Origin: a virus
Virus record (IMG/VR): IMGVR_UViG_3300042691_027609
DNA length: 64,000 bases
Reading direction: 5' to 3' (one strand)
Shown here: positions 11,148-18,418 of the stretch, in pieces
Numbering within the stretch: position 1 is the first letter of the stretch
Layout: each line of letters starts with the position of its first letter
Translations under genes and position numbers: made by a program
Notes under the pieces: model-generated
What the model was told of the DNA's origin: nothing
Database searches by the model: none
What the model saw: the letters and a program-made list of their open reading frames with translations, nothing else

Positions 11148-12018
11148 AGCAACAGACCAATCCAACTTGGATTTGGCAAATGGCAAAGATCTGCAATACT
11201 ATTTGGATCTCACCAAAGATTACAAACACGATTTCACTTTTACCATCAAAGACATCGATGGATTCAAAGTAGTAGATGACGGAGAATTTGAATTTGGAAG
11301 CAAAGCAAAAATGGCAGATTTCTTTATATCGCAAGTGAAAGAAGACGCATTGGTTTATGTAGCACCGAGAACGGGATACGCTCCATTTTCTCTGTGTTAT
11401 TTGGCAAAGAAGTACAACAAGAAATTGTATCTCGTCATGCCCGCCTCAAAAGAGGCATCGCAGCACCAATTGACCGCTATCGAGTACGGAGCGATTCCGT
11501 TATTTGTTAGGATTCCTGCAATGCCTACCGCAAACATTTGGGCAAAACAATTCGCCGAAAAGGTAGGCGCAAAGTATTTGCCTTTCGGTCTCAAACACGA
11601 AATGGTGGTAGCAGGTGGAGTAAGGATATTCTATGATAATTTTAAAGATATGAATATTCCTGAGATATGGACGGTATTTTCTACAGGGGTGCTGTCCCGG
11701 ACGCTACAGATCGCGCTGCCTGACACAACCTTTAATGCTGTAGCAGTAGCAAGAAACATTCAGCCGGGTGAGCTCGGAAGAGCTCGATTTTACAGTCATG
11801 CAAAGAAGTTTACAGATAACAGCGAAATCGTACCGCCTTTTGATTGTATACGCACTTACGACGCGAAAGGTTGGGAATTTATTAAAAAATTCGGTAAACA
11901 AGGAGATTGGTTTTGGAATGTGGCTCGAAATATGCCAACACCGACAATTAAAGCAAAAGACGTAGATTCTCAAAGGGAGTGGGGAGACAAGAAAGATTTT
12001 GACAGATATTCCAAATAA
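11134..12018 (+). CDS. PLP-dependent enzyme, fold type II (cysteine synthase/ACC deaminase-like)
   Basis: GSKAK Schiff-base Lys context, APRTGYAPFSLCYLAKKY, VFSTGVLSRTL phosphate loop, TYDAKGW..FWN C-terminus. Confidence 0.7.
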   Translation: MFLNKATDQSNLDLANGKDLQYYLDLTKDYKHDFTFTIKDIDGFKVVDDGEFEFGSKAKMADFFISQVKEDALVYVAPRTGYAPFSLCYLAKKYNKKLYLVMPASKEASQHQLTAIEYGAIPLFVRIPAMPTANIWAKQFAEKVGAKYLPFGLKHEMVVAGGVRIFYDNFKDMNIPEIWTVFSTGVLSRTLQIALPDTTFNAVAVARNIQPGELGRARFYSHAKKFTDNSEIVPPFDCIRTYDAKGWEFIKKFGKQGDWFWNVARNMPTPTIKAKDVDSQREWGDKKDFDRYSK

Positions 12019-12035
12019 AAGATTTATATTACATC

Positions 12036-12347
12036 ATGAAAAGTATATTACAACAAGCACACGACATCGTATTCGAAAGAAACGAAGAAAAAGAACGCAT
12101 GTATGGACCATTTGAAGAAGGCATGGAACAAGCAGCAAGAATCGCATCTGAGCTCTCCAGAAAAGAGATTACAGCTTTCGATATGTACAATTGCATGATT
12201 GCGCTAAAGCTATCCAGAGCTTCATGGAATTATAAAGAAGACAATTATCTTGATGCTGTAGCATACATGGCATCTCTAAACCAATACCAAAAAACAAAAC
12301 AACAAGATGTTAATCAAGAAAGTAAAGGACGTAAAAACACCAAGTAG
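12036..12347 (+). CDS. DUF6378-like small helical protein, possible dNTP pyrophosphohydrolase
   Basis: IL..A..IV...R...YG...MIALKLSR.....DNYLDAVAY pattern. Confidence 0.7.
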   Translation: MKSILQQAHDIVFERNEEKERMYGPFEEGMEQAARIASELSRKEITAFDMYNCMIALKLSRASWNYKEDNYLDAVAYMASLNQYQKTKQQDVNQESKGRKNTK

Positions 12348-12738
12348 AGGCACTAGCAAAAGTGCTGGCATAGATTTTTTCACTCCAAATGATATGGAGA
12401 GAATTTCATTAGCTCCCAATGAATCAGCTCTAATTCCATCAGGCATCAAAGCACAAGTACCTCAAGGCCACGCATTTATTGCATTCAACAAATCAGGAGT
12501 AGCTACGAAAAAGGGATTAGTAGTTGGAGCTTGCGTAGTAGACGAAGATTACGAGGGCGAAATTCATATCCACGTTATAAATACATCAAGAGGATTTGTA
12601 GAAATTTTACCCGGCGAAAAACTTACACAATTTATTTTAATACCAGTAAATTATCAAAATGTCCAACAAGTTGAATCATTCCCTGAGCGACACTCTGAAA
12701 GAGGAGCTGGCGGATTTGGAAGCACAGGCATTAGCTAA
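12307..12738 (+). CDS. dut: Trimeric dUTPase
   Basis: SAGIDF, NKSG, VVDEDYEGEI, Q and RGAGGFGSTG motifs. Confidence 0.95.
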   Translation: MLIKKVKDVKTPSRGTSKSAGIDFFTPNDMERISLAPNESALIPSGIKAQVPQGHAFIAFNKSGVATKKGLVVGACVVDEDYEGEIHIHVINTSRGFVEILPGEKLTQFILIPVNYQNVQQVESFPERHSERGAGGFGSTGIS

Positions 12739-13144
12739 AAGAAAAAAACTAGATACAGTTTTTATAAACATCGCTAAAGAAGTGTCTAAACTTTCTCACT
12801 GCAAAAGATCTCAAGTGGGAGCTGTGATAGAATTATCGGGAAATATAGTATCATTTGGTTTTAATGGTACTCCCAAAGGTATGGATAATTGTTGCGAAGA
12901 CCACAATAATACAACTTTTCCATATGTAATCCATGCCGAATCAAACGCGATAATAAAAGCGGCAAAATCAGGCACTTCAATGAAAGGTGGTACATTGTAT
13001 TTAACTCTTTCACCGTGCTTAGATTGCTGTAAACTTATTTTGCAATCGGAAATAAATAGGGTTGTATATTTAGAAGACTACAGAGATGATACTGGAGTTA
13101 AATTTTTAAAAAAATTTATAAAAGTTCAAAAATATGAATACTAG
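12659..13144 (+). CDS. dCMP deaminase (start uncertain, overlaps dut)
   Basis: SHCKRSQVGA, GFNGTP, HAESNAI, SPCLDC zinc-deaminase motifs. Confidence 0.92.
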   Translation: MSNKLNHSLSDTLKEELADLEAQALAKRKKLDTVFINIAKEVSKLSHCKRSQVGAVIELSGNIVSFGFNGTPKGMDNCCEDHNNTTFPYVIHAESNAIIKAAKSGTSMKGGTLYLTLSPCLDCCKLILQSEINRVVYLEDYRDDTGVKFLKKFIKVQKYEY

Positions 13145-13796
13145 TATACACGGTAAAGAATATGCAAATGCTACTTCTGCGTTTGAGAGTCTTTTCACTA
13201 ACATTCTCCATACTGGAGAAGATTACGCATGTACAAAAGCTGCATTCAACGTTTCTTTTGTTTTGCAAAACCCTATCGATAAAGTAGTAACAACCACACA
13301 AAGAAAGTTCAAACAAGACTATGCGGAATACGAGTGGGAATGGTACATTAAAGGCGATAGAGACGCTAAAGAAATATCTGAAAGAGCCAAGATCTGGAAA
13401 CAAATGATGATACCTGGCACTACTGAAGTCAATAGTAATTACGGGTATTTTTGGAATTACAACAACCAATTATTAAGAGTTATTGATGAGTTAAAAACAA
13501 ATAAACAAACACGTAGAGCTATTCTGGTACACTATTTGCTACATGAATTAGACCGATACAAATATGATACTCCATGTAACGATGTACTTAACTTTTATAT
13601 CAAAGACGATAAATTGAATATGACAGTTTTTGCAAGAAGTATAGATCTTGTATACGGTTTCTGTAATGATCAATACACTTTTGCAAAACTCATGGAATAC
13701 GTTTCAGAAAAGACTGGTTATGAAATAGGTCAAATGCATTGGTTCGTAACTAATTTGCATATATATCAAAGACATTTTGATTTAATGAAAAAATAA
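13134..13796 (+). CDS. Thymidylate-synthase-family enzyme of the dCMP (hydroxy)methylase type
   Basis: Catalytic PC; RSIDLVYGFCND has Asp where dUMP-specific ThyA has Asn (RSxDxxLGxPFN); NLHIY. Confidence 0.8.
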   Translation: MNTSIHGKEYANATSAFESLFTNILHTGEDYACTKAAFNVSFVLQNPIDKVVTTTQRKFKQDYAEYEWEWYIKGDRDAKEISERAKIWKQMMIPGTTEVNSNYGYFWNYNNQLLRVIDELKTNKQTRRAILVHYLLHELDRYKYDTPCNDVLNFYIKDDKLNMTVFARSIDLVYGFCNDQYTFAKLMEYVSEKTGYEIGQMHWFVTNLHIYQRHFDLMKK

Positions 13797-13798
13797 TT

Positions 13799-14251
13799 AT
13801 GGAAGTTAAATTAAATAGAAGTTTTTTGGAAGAGCAGTTGAGCAGACTACCGAAAAACAAATATAACTGCTATCAGTGGTGGCGTCGTTATCAAACTAGA
13901 GATGTACTTCCAAAAAAAGCTCCATTATATAATAAAATAGTTAATGGAGATTACGATCCATCAACATATTTGTATCAATCTAAAATGGAATTATATTTAT
14001 TAGAAGATAAACTACAAGGGGTAAAGTATTCCGATGAAGCTCACGACATTAGAAGCCTATTCATGGAAAGACACCGCAGACTTATCCATGACTACGAAAA
14101 AGAAGAGAAGCAAATAATGCAAAATCTTATCGGTGATTTCTCAAAAACTTTTAAGTTAGATAAAAAACAACTTGAAACTTTTATGGAAACGTATGATGGT
14201 ACGCTACTTGAAATGTATAATCATTTTAAACAACAAACCAAAAAAATATAA
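13799..14251 (+). CDS. Hypothetical protein
   Basis: 150-aa ORF closely following the cluster. Confidence 0.7.
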   Translation: MEVKLNRSFLEEQLSRLPKNKYNCYQWWRRYQTRDVLPKKAPLYNKIVNGDYDPSTYLYQSKMELYLLEDKLQGVKYSDEAHDIRSLFMERHRRLIHDYEKEEKQIMQNLIGDFSKTFKLDKKQLETFMETYDGTLLEMYNHFKQQTKKI

Positions 14252-14320
14252 GCAAAGGTTTTGAAACAATTTATTATATTTAACTATAAAACAAAACAAA
14301 ACAAAAAAAGGAAAAAGAAA

Positions 14321-14518
14321 ATGAAAAAGTTCATCGCAATCGCCGCTGTAGCGATTTCTCTTACAGCATGCAATTCTGGTACTACTGAACCATGTACAGA
14401 CTGTGCTACTGATTCTACAAAAGTTGATACAACAGTTGTTGCTGACACTGTAAAAGTTGACACTATCGATAAAGAAAATGTCGATTTGGGTCCCGTGGAT
14501 ACTATTAAGGGCAAGTAA
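14321..14518 (+). CDS. Small lipoprotein
   Basis: MKKFIAIAAVAISLTAC lipobox; D/T/V-rich low-complexity tail. Confidence 0.75.
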   Translation: MKKFIAIAAVAISLTACNSGTTEPCTDCATDSTKVDTTVVADTVKVDTIDKENVDLGPVDTIKGK

Positions 14519-14525
14519 TCATTAT

Positions 14526-14644
14526 ACAGCAGTGGCGGAAGCGATACAAACCGGTTATGATCGCCACGAATTAGACGCGTACCACGTAATGGTGGTAGGG
14601 ATAAGAGTAATCTACCCGTGAAGGTGCAAATCCTTCCTGCTGTA
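14526..14644 (+). ncRNA. Aberrant class II tRNA-like RNA (Leu-like frame)
   Basis: Acceptor ACAGCAG/CTGCTGT+A, T-arm GAAGG-TGCAAAT-CCTTC, long variable arm; greatly enlarged D region and 8-nt anticodon loop. Confidence 0.65.
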
Positions 14645-14662
14645 CTTTTTAAAAAATAAGTT

Positions 14663-15085
14663 ATGAAACAAATTAAACCTATCGCACAAATTCTGGCTTT
14701 ATTAGCTATGTGCTATTTGCTTTGGTCGATTCACTCTATAAAACGGGATGTGAAACAAATCAAAGAAGTTTATATGGATACGGTAAAAGTAACCATGTAT
14801 ACCACAGATCCAAAACAAACAGACTCTTCTCCGTATACAACAGCCAGTGGATTTCGACTCGATAAAAAAAATCCTAAAAAACACCGTATTATTGCCGTAA
14901 GCCGAGACATTAAAGCTAAACTCAAATTTGGAGATCACGTAAAAATTCTTGGCGCTGGTAAATATAGCGGAGTCTACGCTGTTGAAGATGTAATGAATAA
15001 AAGATTTAAAAATAGAATAGATATTCTAATAAATCCAAAAGATAGACCTACGTCTTTTGATAGCATTAGAATAGTGTATCTATGA
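14663..15085 (+). CDS. 3D-domain (MltA-like) cell-wall protein with N-terminal anchor
   Basis: TMY...QTDSSPYTTASG, IAVSRD, VEDVM, RIDIL. Confidence 0.8.
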   Translation: MKQIKPIAQILALLAMCYLLWSIHSIKRDVKQIKEVYMDTVKVTMYTTDPKQTDSSPYTTASGFRLDKKNPKKHRIIAVSRDIKAKLKFGDHVKILGAGKYSGVYAVEDVMNKRFKNRIDILINPKDRPTSFDSIRIVYL

Positions 15086-15094
15086 AGATTACAT

Positions 15095-15168
15095 TGACCC
15101 TTAGCTCAGTTGGTTAGAGCAACAGACTCATAATCTGTGGGTGCACGGTTCGATCCCGTGAGGGTCAA
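15095..15168 (+). tRNA. tRNA with CAT anticodon (elongator Met or Ile2)
   Basis: Cloverleaf with acceptor TGACCCT/AGGGTCA and loop CT-CAT-AA; no encoded CCA. Confidence 0.9.
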
Positions 15169-15186
15169 CAACATAACATCAATATT

Positions 15187-15456
15187 ATGATTATAGCATT
15201 ATCAGTTGCGCTTGTCTTTATGTTTTTTGTTCTACTTGGAGCTCTTGCTCACATTGGAAAGTTACAAAAACAACTCATAGATATAGATAAAGAGCAGCAC
15301 ACTCAGAATACAGATATTATAGATCTCATTAAGTTTAAAGGAGAAGCAACTCAAATGTTGTTACAACATATCGAAATACTACAATACTTGGTAGATAAAG
15401 ACGATTTGTTAGGCAAGAAAAAGATATATTACAAAGGTCCTATGGGAGAAGCGTAG
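15187..15456 (+). CDS. Membrane-anchored coiled-coil protein
   Basis: N-terminal TM helix followed by heptad-like region. Confidence 0.65.
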   Translation: MIIALSVALVFMFFVLLGALAHIGKLQKQLIDIDKEQHTQNTDIIDLIKFKGEATQMLLQHIEILQYLVDKDDLLGKKKIYYKGPMGEA

Positions 15457-15462
15457 AAACTT

Positions 15463-15534
15463 GGTTCCGTAGTTCAATGGATAGAACGGGTGACTTCTAA
15501 TCTCCAAATACAAGTTCGATTCTTGTCGGAACTA
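15463..15534 (+). tRNA. tRNA-Arg(TCT)
   Basis: Acceptor GGTTCCG/CGGAACT, loop CT-TCT-AA, TTCGA T-loop; one T-T mismatch in the anticodon stem. Confidence 0.9.
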
Positions 15535-15547
15535 CAAACGAATTAGC

Positions 15548-15601
15548 GACTGTAGCCGAGGATCCAGCGCTATGGCTTCAGGTCATAGTATCGGTATAGT
15601 C
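15548..15601 (+). ncRNA. Unassigned structured RNA between tRNAs
   Basis: GACTGTAGCCGA/TCGGTATAGTC outer stem and CTATGGC/GTCATAG inner stem. Confidence 0.4.
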
Positions 15602-15627
15602 CTTTGGTGACTAAAAAGACTGGAAAT

Positions 15628-15709
15628 GCCCCGATGGTGGAATTGGTAGACACATAGGTCTTAGGAACCTACGTCGAAAGACATGAGAGTTCGAGTCTCT
15701 CTTGGGGCA
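15628..15709 (+). tRNA. tRNA-Leu(TAG)
   Basis: Acceptor GCCCCGA/TTGGGGC, TAGGT-CTTAGGA-ACCTA, long variable arm. Confidence 0.92.
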
Positions 15710-15715
15710 CAAAGG

Positions 15716-15840
15716 TTGAACGGGGAATGAAGGTAAGACAGATACCTGATGGTGGGCGGGCTATATCTTCGGAGTTGAAACTATCAGAGTAATGCCGTTC
15801 GTAAAAGCAGTTGTCCACGCAACCATCTTCTGCTTTCCTA
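15716..15840 (+). ncRNA. Unassigned GC-rich structured RNA, possible pseudoknot
   Basis: Several complementary segments (see findings); no credible ORF. Confidence 0.45.
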
Positions 15841-15908
15841 TTTTTAAAAATAATAAACACTAAATATTTTTTTCTTACGTGTCTATATATTTATAATAAA
15901 TTAGATAC

Positions 15909-16358
15909 ATGAGAAAAATAAATAGAAATGAATTTATTAAAGTTTGTGAGAGTAGTTTATCTATGGCAGAGGCTAGTGTAAAGTTGGATTTACATTTTAA
16001 CACATTTAAAAGATATGCTGTTAAATTTGGATGCTATAATCCAAATGCGAGTGGTAAAGGGATGAAAAAACGCGGGAAACCAAAAGTAGATTTGAAAAAC
16101 ATACTTTCTGGGAATCACCCAGAATTTCAAACTTTTAAACTAAAAAATAGATTACTCAAAGGCGGTTTAATAGAAAATATTTGTAAAGTGTGTAGTATAT
16201 CCGAATGGAATGGCAAACAACTTAATATGGAGTTAGATCATATTGACGGAGATAGAACGAATCATAAATTTGAAAATTTAAGAATGTTATGTCCTAATTG
16301 TCATGCACAAACTGAAACATACCGTTCAAAAAACCGGAAAAATACTCAGGTGTCGTAA
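15909..16358 (+). CDS. HNH endonuclease (free-standing, homing-type)
   Basis: CKVC...ELDHIDGDRTNHKFENLRMLCPNCH; N-terminal HTH-like segment; stop lies inside the downstream tRNA. Confidence 0.9.
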   Translation: MRKINRNEFIKVCESSLSMAEASVKLDLHFNTFKRYAVKFGCYNPNASGKGMKKRGKPKVDLKNILSGNHPEFQTFKLKNRLLKGGLIENICKVCSISEWNGKQLNMELDHIDGDRTNHKFENLRMLCPNCHAQTETYRSKNRKNTQVS

Positions 16359-16429
16359 CCGGTAGCCGAGAAGGTCTTAAAAACCTTTGAGCTGTAAAGC
16401 TCGTGTGGGTTCAAGTCCCATCCTGAGTA
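16344..16429 (+). tRNA. tRNA-Leu(TAA)
   Basis: Acceptor ACTCAGG/CCTGAGT, AAGGT-CTTAAAA-ACCTT, variable arm GAGCT/AGCTC. Confidence 0.9.
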
Positions 16430-16467
16430 CATAACTGCTGCTCTTTGACATAAAGGAGAAATTAAAC

Positions 16468-16788
16468 ATGACAACACAATTAGCATTTGCTTTTGGCGTG
16501 CTTATGATGATTGCTATCATTATGTTGGTAACGATTGTTGTAGGTATGGTGAAGGTAATCAAATTAGAAAAACAACTCAAAGAGTTCGACAGAGCTGCTT
16601 CGAAGGAGACTGAGTTCCTACATAGGCACATGACTGATGTAGAGCGAGCAATTTATTCGGAAATAAACGAAACAAGAAATAGGTTTGATAGGTATACTGA
16701 AGATTTCAGAAGAGAGTTAATGGCTTACACAGATTCACGAGTAGATAAATCACTTGGAGCAAAAGAAAAACAAATACTTAAATCATAA
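16468..16788 (+). CDS. Membrane-anchored coiled-coil protein enclosed by 19-nt complementary flanks
   Basis: N-terminal TM helix; flanks 16431-16449 and 16798-16816 are complementary. Confidence 0.7.
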   Translation: MTTQLAFAFGVLMMIAIIMLVTIVVGMVKVIKLEKQLKEFDRAASKETEFLHRHMTDVERAIYSEINETRNRFDRYTEDFRRELMAYTDSRVDKSLGAKEKQILKS

Positions 16789-16833
16789 AAAAAAATAGTT
16801 GAAGAGCAGTAGTTATATTTATATAAATAAAAC

Positions 16834-16970
16834 AGAAGAGTCAATCATACAATGAACAATGACGCGCACGGCAACCAGGAAAGTGTGCACGCGGAACTGG
16901 CAATGCAAACGATGTTGATGGAATACCTTCGGCGTGGGTAAGCTTCAAATTCCATTATTGACTCTTTTTT
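16834..16970 (+). other. Small transcript: closed stem enclosing a 29-codon ORF (16852-16941), or an sRNA
   Basis: ATATTTAT at 16815; AGAAGAGTCAAT/ATTGACTCTTTT stem; ORF MNNDAHGNQESVHAELAMQTMLMEYLRRG. Confidence 0.45.
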
Positions 16971-16986
16971 AAGTTCTTTAAAATAT

Positions 16987-17350
16987 GGGGATGACAGGTT
17001 TTGACAGCAGAGCGGTCGGTAGGTAAACATGCAGAGGTATGGTTCTAATCCTCTATAATATCTGGACAAACCAATAAATGACAACGTAGAACTTTCTACT
17101 TGGACCTTCGAAGACGCTATGGCGTTTGTCGGAGCTGATTACGCTGTAGCAGCCTAATCAACCGGGGCCGGTGCACACACGCCTTGCAACAGAAGTGCTT
17201 TAAAGATTTCCTGGTTAGATTAAATCAGGTGGTGGAGCGTTCTAACGCGAGTTAGTTCCCTAATACGGTGCAGCACAAGCAGTACTAAGCATGTGAGACG
17301 TTTTACTTGCAGATCTTTTGTTGGACCCGGCTTCGATGCCGGCATCTCCA
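16987..17350 (+). ncRNA. ssrA: tmRNA
   Basis: GGGGATG/CATCTCC+A acceptor stem with G3:U; GGTTTTGAC D-like loop; CCGGC-TTCGAT-GCCGG T-arm; internal tag ORF 17080-17157 ending YAVAA*. Confidence 0.93.
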
Positions 17351-17356
17351 CAACAT

Positions 17357-17428
17357 TGCGGCGTAGAGCAGAGGTAGCTCACTAGGCTCATAACCTAGGG
17401 GTCATTGGTTCGATTCCAATCGCCGCTA
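17357..17428 (+). tRNA. tRNA-Met(CAT), initiator-like
   Basis: 1:72 mismatch (T:T), GCGGCG/CGCCGC acceptor, CTAGG-CTCATAA-CCTAG. Confidence 0.88.
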
Positions 17429-17470
17429 CTAAAATAGGTTATATATTTTTTCACAAAAACAAACACAAAC

Positions 17471-17995
17471 ATGAAAAAAACAATCATGATGTTAGTGGCT
17501 ATCATGACATTAGCCGCGCTAACAGCAACCGCTCAAAAATCAACAAAGTATTTGATCGGTTCGGTTTCTTACACAAAAACAAAGGGTAGCGATGCTGAAT
17601 ACAGTATCAACCCAAAAGTCGGATATTATCTGACTAACAAGACATCTGCTGGCGTATTCGGAGGCGTTGGAGAATCAGCTGACGGTACAACAACGACTAT
17701 CGGAGCATTCGGCAGGAATGATTTTATTAAATTTGGAAAAAATTGCATCGTATTCGCTGAGGCTTCCTTGGCAAGTACAACTGCTAAAGCCGCAGGTGTA
17801 AAAGTATCTCAATTTGACGCAAATCTAGGCTTGGGAGCAAACTACAACCTTAATGCAAAATGGGCTCTTACAATGAATTTGGCCAACGTGTTTAATTATT
17901 CTAGTTCAGAAGGCACATCAACCACTTCATTTGCATTTGGCGGAGTTAACAATCCATTCGCGACTGCAAATTTTGGAGTATTTTACATGTTCTAA
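17471..17995 (+). CDS. Outer-membrane beta-barrel protein
   Basis: Signal peptide ending ATAQ, amphipathic strands (VGYYL, GLGANYNL), C-terminal GVFYMF BAM-type signal. Confidence 0.82.
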   Translation: MKKTIMMLVAIMTLAALTATAQKSTKYLIGSVSYTKTKGSDAEYSINPKVGYYLTNKTSAGVFGGVGESADGTTTTIGAFGRNDFIKFGKNCIVFAEASLASTTAKAAGVKVSQFDANLGLGANYNLNAKWALTMNLANVFNYSSSEGTSTTSFAFGGVNNPFATANFGVFYMF

Positions 17996-18037
17996 ATTTG
18001 TAAGTACGATTTATTATAGTAGTGATACTAAACATTT

Positions 18038-18068
18038 AAAGGGCGATCTCAACGATCGCCTTTTTTTT
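18038..18068 (+). terminator. Intrinsic terminator
   Basis: GGCGATC-tcaac-GATCGCC followed by T8. Confidence 0.85.
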
Positions 18069-18139
18069 ATATTTATAGTAGAATAAAATGTTGTGTAATT
18101 AAGTTTTCGTTGTAGTACAAACTTAAAATATAACACGAC

Positions 18140-18418
18140 ATGAAAAAATGGTTCACAAACCTGTTTAAAGACGGAAACGATATCAACGAAAAATCCGTTA
18201 TCGGTTTTGCTTCCTTCATAGTAATGACTGGGTTCGCTATCACAGATCTCATTACGGGCTACATGGGCAAGCCTTTACTAATCAACGAATTCATCTTTAA
18301 TTCATTTTTGATAATGACTTTGGGAGCATTTGGCATATCCTCAGTAGATAAATTTATCAACAGTAAATACGAGAATAAGAAAAACGATCCAGAAACAACA
18401 GAAAATCCAGAAATATAA
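18140..18418 (+). CDS. Two-TM membrane protein, holin candidate
   Basis: Two hydrophobic helices; first gene of the lysis block. Confidence 0.6.
   Translation: MKKWFTNLFKDGNDINEKSVIGFASFIVMTGFAITDLITGYMGKPLLINEFIFNSFLIMTLGAFGISSVDKFINSKYENKKNDPETTENPEI

Noticed and set aside
12659-12738. Programmed frameshift fusing dUTPase and dCMP deaminase
   Set aside because: The overlap is explained by an ordinary overlapping start; no slippery site with stimulatory structure seen
15570-15590. tRNA-Sec or opal suppressor from the CT-TCA-GG loop
   Set aside because: No D arm, T arm or acceptor geometry; kept only as an unassigned hairpin
15745-15790. Hammerhead ribozyme (CTGATG...GAAA)
   Set aside because: The core reads CTGATGG rather than CTGATGA and the three stems cannot be built in hammerhead topology
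16431-16816. Complementary flanks as transposon terminal inverted repeats
   Set aside because: No transposase or target duplication seen, and mismatches are all G:U-compatible, favouring RNA pairing
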